A stretch of 64,000 bases of DNA. Source: Callorhinchus milii. Taxonomy: Eukaryota. The notes below the pieces were generated by a model. That model had not been told where the DNA came from. It worked only from the letters and a program-made list of their open reading frames with translations, and did not search any database. Made by a program: the position numbers and the translations under genes. This document shows positions 1 through 13,089 of the stretch, piece by piece. Where the stretch lies: contig NW_024704743.1 in the NCBI RefSeq assembly GCF_018977255.1, forward strand, positions 7,938,001 to 8,002,000, in the 5' to 3' direction. The number at the start of each line of letters is the position of its first letter. Positions within the stretch are counted from its first letter, which is position 1.

Positions 1-66
1 TCCAGCGCCTTGGGATGTCCCCCCGACATGAAAGGCGCTCTATAAATGTAATTTTGTTGTTGTTGC
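1..66 (+). mobile_element. L2 LINE extreme 3' end
   Basis: AGCGCCTTGGGATGTC...GACATGAAAGGCGCT stem-loop followed by (TTG)n, the same as the 3' ends of the RT-bearing L2 copies in this window. Confidence 0.85.
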
Positions 67-238
67 TGTTCTCTTTTGAAATCATTCCACAGGACCTTCA
101 GCATCCATCAGCACATGCAGACGGGACCTTGGTTCAACATCTCATCCAAAAGACAACACCTCCAACAGAGCAGCGCTCCCTCAGGTTACGTGAGTTCAAA
201 GTCCCGATGTGGGGCTCAAACATACAACCTTTTCACTC

Positions 239-960
239 AACAACAACTTGCATTTATATAGTGCCCTTCACGCAGGGTAGAGTCTCAGAGCGCTTGACAG
301 TGGGTGGACTCTGATCCCTAGTCAGGGGGAGATGGAGGGGGGAGGTGACCGTAAGCATCATCAAAAATGAAGGTCTTTAGGCGGGATTTGAAAGTGGGGA
401 GGGAGCAAGGCGAAGGGATTGAGGGAGAGAGTTCCAGAGCTTTGGGGCATAGTGGCTGATTGTGGAGCGGAGGGGAAGAGAGTCGAACAGGAGGCCAGAG
501 CCAGCCGAGCAGAGGCAGCGGGTGGTGGAGTGGGGGTGGGGTAAGCAAATAGGATCAGTAGGGAGGTGTGAGGGCATAAAGGGATTTGAAAGCAAGTGAG
601 AGGATCTTGAAATCACTCCGTTCAGTAATTGGGAGCCAGTGCAGCCTGGCAAGGACTGGTGTCATGGGGGTACAGCGTTTTGCACGGGTGAGAATCTGAG
701 CAGTGGAGTTCTAAATTAGTTGTATTTTGTGTATTGTGGAGCTGGGGAGACCAGCGAGGAGGGCATTGGAATAGTCCAGCCGGAAAGTGACGAAAGTGTG
801 GACGAGGGTTTTCGGCTGCTTTTGTTGCGAGGTACGGACCGAGGCGGTCAATGTGACTGAGATGGAAAAAAGTGTTCCGGGTCAGGGAACGGATGTGGGG
901 TAGAAAGGAAAGCTGGGGATCAAACCTGACGCCTAAGTTGAGAATGGTACCACCTGAGCC
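239..960 (-). mobile_element. 5'-truncated L2 LINE (ORF2 C-terminus + 3' tail)
   Basis: Minus-strand ORFs carry NLGVRFDPQLSFLPHI, HYAPKLWNSLP and FKSRLKTFIF, typical of the L2 ORF2 C-terminus. (CAA)n tail at ~239. Confidence 0.9.
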
Positions 961-1607
961 AGGCTGATACCTAATTGATAGCAATGTTGTGAGGATGGAT
1001 CATGACAGGCAGATGTGAGACTCCAGGCTGCATCCTCTGGGAATATGAGGGCAGTCAGGTGTATTAAGCATTTAGTTATTTCCCTGGCAGACACAGTAAC
1101 ATATTTTTTTACACCGATTTCCTTCTGTGTGAACCTCTCCTCAAGGCTGAACTCTATGGAAGTGAAGGGGAACAATTGGCTTCGCTTTCTCTTCTTTCCT
1201 ATCCCAGCCATCTTGGGGTCTTCGAACCCCACACAATACAATCTATAACCAAGCACCTGCTGCAACCCATCCTTGCACTAACACACTGCGACAATTGATG
1301 CATGCATTTTAAATAACCCCCTTCTGTCCTAGCCAACAATTCCCTGAAAGAAATTGGTCATTCAATTTTGTGCCTGTTTTTGCTGTGCACATTTCAGTTG
1401 CCACGTTCACCTAAAGTTATCACTCAATTTCACTGTAAATCCTGTTAAGCGCTTTGAGAGGTCCTCCCTATGTGAACGTAGCTATGCCAAATGCAAGGAT
1501 TATTGATTTATTTAAGTTAGCTGCGGTGTTCACTTACAAAATACACAGTCACTACACTTTACAGTAAAGCTATTTGCGACATTCTCTTGACCTGAAAGGC
1601 ACTATAT

Positions 1608-2045
1608 GTGTCAGGTTGGCTCAGTCGGTAGCACTCTCGCCTCCGAGTCAGAAGGTTGTGGGTTCAAGCCCCGCATCGGGACTTGGAATTCATATAATTT
1701 AAGTTGAAACTCCAATGCAGTGGTGGGGGAGCTCTGCTTTGTCAGAGGTCCCATCCATCAGATGAGTTGTTAAAACCAAGTCTGCCTGTTCAGGTGGACT
1801 TTAAATATCCCATGGCACTATTTGAAAAGAGAAAGGACAGACTTGCTCAGCACAGTGTCCTGGCCAACAATCCCCCAAATAAAATTGCTAATTCACTTCA
1901 TGGGACATTGCCTTGTGCAAATGGTACTGCATTCGCCCACAAGATACATAGTTGTTCCACTTTACAGTAAATCCTGTGAAGCGCTTTGGGTCATTCTCCT
2001 GACATGAAAGGCGGTACATCAAATCCAAGAATTATGATTGTTATT
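1608..2045 (+). mobile_element. Near full-length DeuSINE (SacSINE1-like): tRNA head + Deu domain + L2-type tail
   Basis: A box TGGCTCAGTCGG and B box GGTTCAAGCCC, then the Deu core CTGCCTGTTCAGGTGGAC...ATCCCATGGCACTATTTGAA, then the GTGAAGCGCTTTG...GAAAGGCG tail. Confidence 0.85.
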
Positions 2046-3274
2046 CAAATGTAAGGATTGTTATCGTTATTGTATTACTGTTTCCTCTCAGGGCCTTTGT
2101 TTTCTTCCTCCTTCTGTCCACCAAGGGCAGCTGAGTGTCAAGTTAACATTCCCTACTGGACACTTGGACCTGATGTCTGGTGTTAAATTCACACCTAAAC
2201 TTCACCTGCCATTTTCCATTTCAGACTTGCATCTCTTTCTCTTTTTCCTTTTTGTTCCTTTTTGTCCAATTCTCTTTCCAAAGGCAAAGTGGGTGGGATG
2301 GGACATTTCAATGGTTACAAATCGTCTACAAATGCTACGCACTTCACCCTAAAAATCCCTGAAGCGCTTTGATACATCTCAACAATGTGGTAAGACGCTG
2401 TATCAAAACGCAAGGATTATTATTACAGAACATTTAGCAAAATCTCAATTAGTCGGGGATTAAACGCCTCCCGGCAATCTTGAGTCACCGTTTTTTTTGT
2501 TAGAGATTAACAACTCCGCAATGACAAAGAATCCCGCCTTCATCACTGTCTACAGCCCAGCGTGCAAACCAGCTGCAACGTTAGCATCTGTTGGTGGTCT
2601 CTTGGGCAGATGTTTCAGTCCTGCTTTCTTGTCACTGGAACTTGGCTACATCATCGTAACAGATGTAAACAATCATAAAAAGTGCTCATTCCCATGGTGA
2701 ATTATCCACGGCCTTTTCCTATCATTTTACATTATGCGACAGTTGCACCTGCACTTTATGGTAATGATATAACGGCAGAAGCCGCCCCACTCACTGGAGG
2801 CGAGAGTCCCAATCTGATGGAGCATAATTACATGGTTAAAAGAAGCCAAAGAGAACAAATGGTCTCAGAATAGATTGGTATCAGCAGATTTTATGTCGGT
2901 AAGCCCAATGTTTACATGAGTCATCGAAGGAACCAGGAAGGCGGCTACAAATCAGCAGAGGAATCAATGCCAGGCTGCTTAATGCTTCTCCATCAGCCAC
3001 CTCAGTAATGAAAATATTAAAACAAAATTGACTTTGGTGGGGCTGCTGCTGCAGGGTGCTGGGAGCTCCGATGACTTGCATCACAAGAGGACTCGGGCTC
3101 TCAAACACAATCAGACAATTGTGAGTTCACAATAGTAACTACACAACTGTGAGGGGAAGCTGAGTGCAAACCAGTAGCAACCCACAGGGGCAGAGGGAAA
3201 GGCCTGTTATACGACACACTCATTTCAGCAGCATGCCCGCTGCCAGTTTCAGAGCAGTGCTGCCAAACATCTGG

Positions 3275-3668
3275 AACTTGACCCCTCACATGCCAACCTG
3301 ACCCCTCACCCAACAACCTGACCCCTCAACCCCCATACTGACCCCTCGCCCCCCAGCTTGACCCTCACCCACCAACCTGACACCTAACCCTCAAGTCCCC
3401 AACCTGACCCCTCACACCCCAACTCCTCACACCAGAATCTGACAAATCACCCTCCAACCTGACCCCTCACCCCCAACTTGACCCCTCACCCTAACCCCTC
3501 ACCCCCCAACCTGATCCCCAATCCACCAATCTGACCCTTCACCCCTCCAACCTAACCCCTAACCCCACCAACCTGACCCATCACCCGCCAAACTGACCCC
3601 AAACCATTCCCAGAATCTCACCCACCAACCTGATCCCTCACCCCCCAATTTGACCCCTCAACCACCAA
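3275..3668. repeat. C-rich minisatellite, ~18-20-bp unit AACCTGACCCCTCACCCCC
   Basis: About 20 degenerate tandem copies read directly from the sequence. Confidence 0.9.
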
Positions 3669-3998
3669 CACAGATTGTGTACAATCGAGCGAATGAGACT
3701 TGACACAAGAAAGAACAGCATTGGCATATCGACAACAACAAACGACAAATTGCATTAACACAGCACCTTTCACCTCAGCAGGAGTGGAAAAGGAAAAGTG
3801 ATATTTGCCACAATAATATCAAAGAACACAGCGCAGACAGTTTCAGTAACTCATTATTAACTTATAGAATAATAACTCATTCACGCATTGAAATCATTTT
3901 TACACAAACACTTAAATAAATTAGAAACACTTCCCAATTCAGATCAGCCGCCGACCAGAAAGGTTTCTGATTCTACTTCCTATGAGAGATGATCTTAC

Positions 3999-4084
3999 CA
4001 GGGAGCTTTGATGATTCATTGGTTGAATCCTGCATCTCCTCACAGTTCTGCTTTTTGCCGTCATCTACATAGTCAACTTCTCTC
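3999..4084 (-). CDS. Internal coding exon C (86 nt, phase 2->1) of an unidentified gene: REVDYVDDGKKQNCEEMQDSTNESSKLP
   Basis: Acceptor tctgtctgttacag|, donor |gtaaga, open frame, and phase matches the exon at 17116-17213. Confidence 0.8.
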
Positions 4085-4119
4085 CTGTAACAGACAGAAT
4101 ACAAGTCACTAGAAATAGG

Positions 4120-4500
4120 AACAATAATCCTAGTATTTAACAAAGCACCTTTCACAAAATGGAAGAGGTCACAAAGTGCTTTAAGTGTAGTCGCTGCGTA
4201 TTTCGTAGGCGATTTGCGTAAGGTCATGTGACGTCCCACATAGCATGAAGTGAGTGACCAATTTTTATTGGGGTATTGTTGACCAGAGCATAAGAGAAAT
4301 TCACTTCTCTTTTCAAATAGTGCCATGGGATCTATATCATCCACCTAAACGAGCAGCTGGGAGTTCAGTTTAATGTCTCATCTGAATGTTAGCACCTCAA
4401 ACAATACTGTACAACCCCAGCACTGCACTGGATTGTCAGCCCAGATTAGGAGTTCAAAGTCTCGACATGGGGCTTAAACCCACAAATGTCTCTGAGCCAG
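4120..4500 (-). mobile_element. DeuSINE copy
   Basis: Reverse complement of the Deu core (TTCAAATAGTGCCATGGGATC...CCACCT) with a tail and a degenerate tRNA head. Confidence 0.75.
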
Positions 4501-4677
4501 GCTCACACACATTGATGAAAGCTGATTTAGAGTTGGGTTTAAACGTAATTGCAAAATATAACTCTTCCAATTTGGTGGAAGAGATCTTAACGAATATAAC
4601 CCCAATCAAAAAATTAGCGCTGACCATATAGGTGCATATTCGCACCTGGGTCATACATTTCTGTCTCCTTTTTAAAT

Positions 4678-5065
4678 TATAATAATCCTTGCATTTGATA
4701 TAGCATCTTATATCATCGAGACATTGTAATACTTCACAGGATTTTACTTTAAAGGATAGTATATTTGTATATTTGTAGTCAAACACTGCAGCCAATTTGC
4801 CCTCATTGATGTCCCACAAACAGTCATGAAGTGAGTGACCAATTTTTATTTTGGGGATTATTGGCCAGGACACCGGAAGAAACTCCCTTCTCTTTTTGAA
4901 GAGTGCCTGCTTATGATGTTTTGGGGTGAATTTGCATAATAATAATCCTTGCATTTGATATAGCGCCTTATCAAGTTGTTGAGACATCTCAAAGCGCTTC
5001 ACAGAATATACTGTAAAGTGAATTGATTGTGTATTTTATTGGTGAAACGCGGCAGCCAATTGCCT
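4678..5065 (-). mobile_element. Two tandem SINE 3' fragments (L2-type tail)
   Basis: AATAATCCTTGCATTTGATATAGC... occurs at ~4681 and ~4940. Confidence 0.75.
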
Positions 5066-6311
5066 AATTGATTCTGATTAGGAGGCAATATAACTTGAGT
5101 ATAACACACATTTGAGTAAGTTTGGGTGATAAAGGGTAGATCAGGTACCAGAGTCCCTAGCTCCAAGTTTTAAGCACTCCGTGACGTTACCCTGCGTGAA
5201 AGCGCTATATAAAGCGCCTTTATATAAAAAAATTTGTTTTAAATATTACTTAATCACTCAATCGACTGATTGTGGGACACTACTGTGCGCAATTGACTGC
5301 TGCGTTTATGAAGTGAATTGATGGCTGCCCACAAAATGTACAGTCAGTTCACTTTACAGTTTATTCTGTGAAGCGCTTTGAGACATCTCGAATCCTAAAT
5401 CAAATCAAGGATTATTATTATTATAAATGTAAGTTGTTATTGAAACATAAAACAGGCCTGTGGCACTGAAACAAGACAAACATCTAGTAACAGAATGGGA
5501 CAGTTGAGAACACAGAATGGATTGAACCAGTACGGTATGGTGATTAATTATACAGGTTAATCAATTGCCCATGACGAGCTAATGTGGCCCTGCTCTACGG
5601 AGGGTAGCTCTACATGAATCCAGCCATTCATATCCTAGTTAAATAGTTAATATCATTGCCTTGATATATAATCTTGTCTTGTTTTATCCCCTTTGGTTCC
5701 CTTCATAAGACAGGCTAAGCTACGTGTCCACAGGTGCTGGCAGGCATGGAAACCTCAGACATTCTTTGCCTACAAGCTTAAATAGATATCCCCTTTGGCC
5801 TTGTGTTCACAGGCATCGATTTCCACCTCGTGTGACCTTTTTGCATGGCTTGACTGCGTCGCCCGTTCAAAATAAATAATGCAGTCGCCCATTAGCTGGA
5901 AGAATCTATATGTGATTCGTCATACTCTGAAATACTAGTGTAAAGGTTGCACGTTATATCACTGCACTCTATTTATGGAGCAGCTTTCTCCCCCCAACAA
6001 TTTCAGAAAACAATTGAGGGTCAGCAGGTAACGGTTAGGGAGCATCGGTCATGCAAAATAAACTGCTTGCTGTGCCTCCCAGAATGAGATCAATTGAAAA
6101 ATTGGGACGGAGAATACGCGGCAGCCAAATTGACCCAGCAACACCCTACAAAAAACGAGATGAGCGGTGAATTGCTTTGATGTTTTGAAGTGGTTTAGAT
6201 AATAATATTAATAATCCTTGCATTTGATACAGCGCCTCATCAAATCGTTGAGACATCTCAAAGCGCTTCATAGAATATACTGTAAAGTGAATTGACTCTG
6301 CATTTTGTTGG

Positions 6312-8275
6312 CAACAACAACAAAATTACACTTGTATAGCGCCTTTCACGTCAGGAGGACATCCCAAGGCAGAGTTACGGACCCGAGCTGGGGGTCGGGG
6401 TAGGGGAGGGTGGAGGGCAGGGGGTGGAAAGCAGGGAGATCGAAAGCACGGTCGAAGAGGAGGGTCTTGAGATGGGTCTTGAAGGTGGCGAGGGAGGGGG
6501 CGAGACGGAGGGACTGCGGGATAGAGTTCCAGAAGTTGGGGGTAGAGTGGCGGAAGGCCCGCCCGCCAATAGTGGGGCAAGCAAGCCGGGGGACGTAAAG
6601 TAGGCCGGAGCCCGCTGAGAGGAGGGAGCGAACAAGGTGGTAGGGGGTTATGAGGTCAGAGAGGTAGGGGGAAGTGAGACCGTAGAGGGCATTGAATTTA
6701 AGGTCCAGGATCTTGAACTGTATCCTCTGTGTGATAGGAAGCCTGTGGAGTTGGGCAAGGATGCGGGTGATAGAGTCGCGGAGCCTAGTGTGGGAGAGGA
6801 CACGTTGCAGAGGTGGGGAAGGCAGAGAGGGGTAGAAAGGATAGGGCTCCCTCCGCCTCCTCGTCCTCCTCGACCTATCGGCAGCATTCGATACGGTCGA
6901 CCACGCTATTCTCCTCCACCGCTTGTCCTCCCACCTCAACCTTCAAGGCCCTGTCTTTGAGTGGTTTAGGTCGTACCTCTCCCACCGTCTTCACTTTGTT
7001 TCCATGAACGGCTTTTCCTCCACCCCCCGCACTGTCTCGTGCGGTGTCCCTCAGGGCTCTGTCCTCGGTCCCCTCCTCTTCACCCTCTATATGCTCCCCC
7101 TGTGGTGACATCATCCGCAGACATGGGGTTAACTTCCACATGTATGCGGATGACACCCAACTCTACCTTTCCTCCTCTACCCTCAACTCCACGACCACCG
7201 ATGTCCTGACAGCTGCCTGTCTGACATCGAGTCGTGGATGAGAGACAACTTTCTTCAGCTCAACGTGCGCAAAACTGAGGCCCTCCTGATTGGCTCACGT
7301 CAGCGCCTCCGCACCTCTGGCGCTGACACCATCAGCATCCAAGGCTGCACTCTCCACCTCTCAAAGTCAGTCAGGAACCTCGGTGTTCTGTTCGACCCTG
7401 AGCTGTCCTTTCTTCCTCATATCCGCACCACAACTGGCACCGCCTTCCACCACCTCCGGAACATCGCCAGACTACGGCACTACCTCACCCCTCACGCTGC
7501 TGAAACACTGGTCCACGCCTTATCACCTCAAGGCTGGACTATGGGAACTCTCTCCTCGCCGGCCTTCCCGGCACCTCCCTCCACAAGCTGCAGGTCATTC
7601 AGAACTCTGCAGCTCGTGTACTGTCCCGCACCAGGCTTCGGGACCACATCACTCCCACCCTCGCCTCCACTGGCTCCCCATCCCCCAGAGGATCGAATTC
7701 AAGATCCTCATCCTCACCTACAAGGCCATTCACGGCCTTGCTCCCTCCTACCTCTCCGACCTACTATCCCCCTACCTACCTGCCCGTACTCTCCGTTCCT
7801 CTGGCTCCGGTCTGCTCCACATCCCCCGCCCCAACCACCCTACCATCGGTGGCCGGGCCTTCAGCTTCTCAGCCCCTAGGCTCTGGAACTCTATGCCTTC
7901 GCCTTGCCTCCTCCCTTTCCTCCTTCAAGGCCGGTCTCAAGACCTTTCTCTTTGACCGTGCCTTCAGCTCCCCTCTCGACTCTCTACCCCTTCCTCGCTA
8001 CCTCCCTTCCCTCCCCTCACCCTGACCATTTCCCCTCGGCTCGGGTCCTGACCCAACTGTACAGCGCCTTGGGACGTCCTTCCAACGTGAAAGGCGCTCT
8101 ATAAATGGAATCTTGTTATTGTTGTTGTTGTTGATAGTTGAGGGTCAAACAAGACCCCAAGGCTCCAGACTGGCTTAGTAAGGTGGAGTGTGCAACCATG
8201 GATGATGATGCCGTCAGCGCCTGAGTTGAGGAGACTCAGGAGAGCCTCAGTCTTGCTGTCATCCAGGACTTGATG
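6312..8275 (-). mobile_element. Older L2 split by a nested L2 (pieces 6312-6844 and 8133-8275)
   Basis: LHRLPITQRIQFKIL and FKTHLKTLLF motifs. The sequence GGGGTAGAAAGGATAG resumes as TTGAGGGTCAAAC after 8137 and is colinear with the uninterrupted copy at ~27590. Confidence 0.8.
6845..8132 (+). mobile_element. Relatively young 5'-truncated L2 LINE (RT domain to 3' tail)
   Basis: [34 protein letters not shown] and [15 protein letters not shown] motifs with few frameshifts. (TTG)n tail and GATAG target-site duplication. Confidence 0.95.
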
Positions 8276-10056
8276 TGTGACAATGATTACGAATAGGAGC
8301 TAATATAACTTGCGCATGGAGAAATTATTTTATGATATTTTCAAACTTTTCAGATGGCTGAGCCATACCTAATGTCCTTCCTAGTCCCGTAGGTTCCTAT
8401 GTTACAAATTTTAGCCCAAGGCGAAGATGGTAAAATAGATGATACATTTTTTTACTGGGTTACATCGTACACGTTCACCTTTGAAACACAACACGTGAGT
8501 CAGGAACTAGAACAAATATTTAGCGGTTGTTGCCGTGAAATTATTTTCTTTTTATTTATCAACATATTCACATAGAAGATCGTGGGCTCTTAAAGAAAAG
8601 GATCAACAGTTGTCAGGAGCAACAATTAGTGAGGAGGCGAGACAAGTCTAGATTTTAACCATTCAGGGACGTAAGTTCTGAAGTCAGGGATTCTGACTCA
8701 CCAAGGGGAAAGTGGCTACCTTTTTACGACTGTATGATTATTGTTCAAAGGAAGTCAAAACTATTCGGCAAGACAGGAAGAACTATGGCATCTCATTAAA
8801 CAGGAGAAACAGTACACCGAAGAGAAATAAAAACCTCTTTGGCTGCCCAAAGTCAGGCAGTGAATTTTTATTAAAAATTATATTTATGTCTTCCAGCTTC
8901 AGCCATAAAAGGGTTACAGAAGTTCTGAAGCAGGTTTATAGGTGGAGCGCAGAACTACAGGAAGGAACGAATGACGACAGGCAGTCTGTCCAAAGCAGCT
9001 GGAAAACCTTCCCCTTGTTGGGCAATCGCGATGCTGTGTTCCTGGCAAACACAGACAAACCCGAGACCTGAATCTATCACTAGAGACAATCATCTCTGTG
9101 GGGGAGAGGGGTGGGGGGAGGTTGACCAGGAGATGGGGAGTGTAACAAATGAACAACAGGGGAATAGCATTTACATTAAACCCTCAAATCCCAGGTCAGT
9201 TTCATGGGTCCCCGAACACAGCATTTCACTGCTTGTCGGCGTTGTGGCTGCTAACTCTTCAAATCGCAGTTTTAACTGGGAAGCCTTTTAACGTTCTCAC
9301 GCACAAACTTCAAAAGAAAAAAAACTGACACAAAGATCCCTGAAGCTTTCAGACTCCTTTTCCTCTTAAAACACAGAATGACCTCACTTTAAGGCAGAGC
9401 CGACCGATCGGCCTGTGAAGTGGGATTGGTCTGTGACGTTCAAAAATCTAACTAACTGCTGCTCGTTCCGTGCCTGGCATTATCTCTTCCGTCGCAGATA
9501 TTTTTGGACGACTGTTCCCAGTGCAAAATGGATTTAGAACATGTCACCGGTGATCACAATCAGGATCCAATCAAGGTTAGGCTGGAATCCTTGGGGCATT
9601 GTTCACTGTTTCTGGTCCATGGGCGGACACTTCCTGGAATAGCAGCTGTAACCTTGTCATCGCAATGCTAATGTTCACAAAAACATCTGTCTTCTAATTT
9701 ATGCGCTGGGTAAAGATGATACTAATATTAGGCTCACACACGAACATGACTTGACAATATGCTCCGTATAGCTAGCTGCGCTCACTTGGGTTAATTTCTG
9801 CCGAGGCGTTGCAATCACTGGGCACCTGCTTCAGAGCTCATTAAAGCTGCTACAGCTTCAGTCACACTTTAACAAAATAAATGATAAAACAATCCCCACG
9901 TTCAATTTACCACCTTTCACATCAGGAAGTCTCAAAGAGCTTCACAGGATGTACGTAAATTTAGTGACTGACTGCATTTTTGCAGGCGAAAGGGGCAGTC
10001 AATTTCCACACATTAATTAATAACAATAATAGTAATAATCCTTGCATTTGATATAC

Positions 10057-10615
10057 AACAACTTGCATTTATATAGCGCCCTTCACACGGGGTAGCGTCC
10101 TGGAGCAGTGAAAGTTGTCAAGAGACTGACGCCAAGCCAGTGGATGAGGGAGGGGGGAGGTGACTATAAGCACGATCAAAAAGAAAGGTCTTTAGGCGGG
10201 ATCTGAAAGTGGGGAGGGAGGGGACAAGGCACAGGAATTGAGGGAGAGAGTTCCATATTTTCGGGCGTAGTGGCTGACAGTAGAGCAGACGGGACGAGGG
10301 ACAAACAGGAGGCTAGAGCCAGCCGAGCGGGGGTGGGGGGTGGAGGGTAAGCAGATCAGATAGGTAGGGAGGTGCGACGGCATAACGGGATTTGAAAACG
10401 AGTGAGAGGATCTTGAAATGGAATCGATGTGTTGGGAGCCAGTGGAGCCTGGCTAGGACTAATGTGATGGGGATACGGAGCTTTGTGCAGGTGAGAATCC
10501 GGGCGGCGGAGTTTTGAATTAATTGGATTTCATGTATGGTGGAGCAGGGGAGACTAGCGAGGAGGGCATTGGAATAATCCAGCTGGGAAGTGATGAAGGC
10601 GTGGACAAGGTTTCG
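10057..10615 (-). mobile_element. L2 LINE 3' fragment
   Basis: [17 protein letters not shown]...QNSAARIL...LHWLP in ORF 10313-10657, plus the tail. Confidence 0.9.
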
Positions 10616-11074
10616 CTGTGTAAGCCAATGGAATGAAATATAAGAAGAAATTTGCATTTCTATAGCACCTCATCAAGTCAGTCACAACTCTCAGCAGTTA
10701 CCTGTGAAGAGTTGTGACTGTTTTTGTTGGGCAACGTGGCAGTCAGTCACACCAGCAAGCTTCACCCAGTTTTCCCAGCCATGAGGTAATGAATCAACTT
10801 GGAAGAATGTTGGCCAACCCATTGGCAGAAATTCCTTTTTTTTTTGCTCTGTTTTGCAAATGATGTCTTTCTGAAGGCAGGCTCACCTGGGCATCACCTA
10901 CACTGCATTCACTAGCATGAACACAGGGTCAAGAGGGGACCTTGAAGGTATTGATTGAAAGATAAAAAGACATACTTCCCAATTGTTAATTTATATTTAT
11001 GTTGAGGGGGGAGGGTGGCGGGTGGAAGAAGGATGTGGACACTTTTTTTTGCTGGACACTATCTTTTGGGCCAG

Positions 11075-11490
11075 AACAGTCATCAGCCTCCAGTCACTGG
11101 AGGGACACATTCTTTCCACTCAGCTCCTGTTAAACTTGCGAGCCAAAACCTTAACAGGCAGGGTGGTCCTGGCTGGATAAACAGCAAGAAGCTTGCCAGA
11201 CAGGGTTTGTAATGACAAGCTATACGGTTTTAGCTGGTTAAACTCCAGCAGTACCCAATGCACACTCTGAGGCTCCAAACCGTGGCTCTTGCCAGCCTGT
11301 ATTTAACTCTCCAGAATTGGATAACCAGGGTGCATATCTCCAAGGATAAAGTGGGCACCCTATTCCAAACACAGGGAAATGTCCACGTATAGTCAGCACA
11401 CATGAGTGCACCTCTCTGTCTGGCTTGGATATTCTTAATCATGGTGATGAGGTTCTGCAAGAATCAGACACCTGGTGACCAAAAAAAAAA
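11075..11490 (+). mobile_element. Unclassified A-tailed repeat (family X), divergent copy
   Basis: Aligns with the reverse complement of 22485-22900 and ends ...CAGACACCTGGTGACC(A)10. Confidence 0.7.
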
Positions 11491-12084
11491 TAACATTTTC
11501 AAATGGTGACACAGTGCTTTTAACATCCACCTGAGCAAGCAGACGGGACCTTGGTTTAAAGTCTCATTTGTAAAATGATAGCTTCAACCATTCAATTAGA
11601 ATCTAACAGTGACAAGTGCATTCCCACAGGAACCAGAGTCAACCAGCACATCAAACCAGGGAAAGTTGTGGTTACAGTTTTTTTTTAGAAAACATCTGAA
11701 CCTGAACTCCAATGATGATGATAATAATAATCCTTGCATTATCATGTCGGCAAACTGGGCTCAAAGCCCTTCATAGGAAATACTGTAAAGTGTTGCAACT
11801 GAGGGCGAATGATATAGCTGTATAACAACAACCTGCATTTATATAACATGCAGAGTAGAGCTCTGAGCACTGACATAGAGCTAATAACAAGCATACTTAC
11901 AGGATCACAGAGAGGCTCAGACTCATTCTTCCAGTATTCCCACCCTACTGTCCTCACATCATAGAGTCAAACTACATCTTAAATGTTGGTCCTGGGCCTA
12001 TTTTGTTCACCACACAAAAAGCAGAATTGGGTGTCACAAAAGAAAGGCTCAGATGAAAAAGGCCCTTCATTCCATTAAAATGAA

Positions 12085-12325
12085 TAGTAATTTTTGCATT
12101 AGGCATAGCACCTTTCATTGCTGTGAAGCAAAGTGTATTTGTTGGTGAATGTGGCAGCCCAATTGCGCACAGCGATGCCCCACAAACAGCCACAAAGTGA
12201 ATGACCTATTTTATTTATTTGAGGGGAATCTTGGCCAGCACACCACGATAAAATGCCTTCTCTTTTCCATGGGATCTTTAACATCCACTTGAACAGACAG
12301 GAAGGACCTTGGCTTAATATCTTAT
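12085..12325 (-). mobile_element. DeuSINE fragment
   Basis: CCATGGGATCTTTAACATCCACTTGAACAGACAG Deu core plus tail. Confidence 0.75.
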
Positions 12326-13089
12326 CCTTAGCAGGCCCTTTATCTTCCAGAATATCCACTTCACCTGCTTCCCATTAAACTGATTCTTAAATGAGTCTAA
12401 TGCCCCAGGGTTCACACTACTCTTCCTGGTAACCTGTCCAGCTGTTGATTATCCTCTGTGTAATGAAACAGACCCCGGTGTTGGCCCTAAAATTGTCACA
12501 AATATGTCATCCTCAGCTTGACTTCCGTTGTGTCACCCCCTACTATTTTAAACTGTTTAGATTTTTAAACAAAAGGAAAGTGTAAGTTTTAATGTAAATT
12601 ACTGAACACAAGGCAGAGGCACGGTGTAAGGAGAGCGTAAGGAGGCAGAGAACAGGTGCAAGTTCCTAGTCTCAACATGGCTGCTATGGGCTGACACCAA
12701 GCACAGGTCAGACACCTTCCCAGGGTGGAGAGGCATTCGTCTTGGGTGGCTATTTAACACCTGTTAGAAATCAGCTACAACGGGGCATAAGGGAGCCCTT
12801 CAAGAAGTAGCACAAAATAAAGAGAGAAATAGCACAAAATAAAAGTACAGTATGGCAAGGAGTGGGAGCAAGTCCTGGGTGGGGAAGCTGCCCAGCAAAG
12901 GGAGGCTGTGGGATTTTGAGATAGGAGAAAATCAAATGAAACACACATACAGATCTTAAAGACTTGTCCTGTTCCTCCCCTCTCTTTAACTGCCGAAGGT
13001 AAAAGCAGCTTGCAGGCTTCCATTGACATTTTTCTCTCCTGCACACAAAATCAACTCATTTACACTGCAGCACAGTTTCACTGGTAGAA

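Noticed and set aside
3275..3668. CRISPR-like array
   Set aside because: These are contiguous degenerate units with no unique spacers, in a vertebrate context with no cas genes.
4454..5002. 182-aa minus-strand ORF
   Set aside because: It is a chance read-through of adjacent SINE tails, and the same peptides recur at other SINE copies.
7238..7955. The longest ORFs (213 and 221 aa) as host genes
   Set aside because: They are frameshifted pieces of L2 ORF2 that switch between frames. The element is 5'-truncated and lacks the endonuclease.
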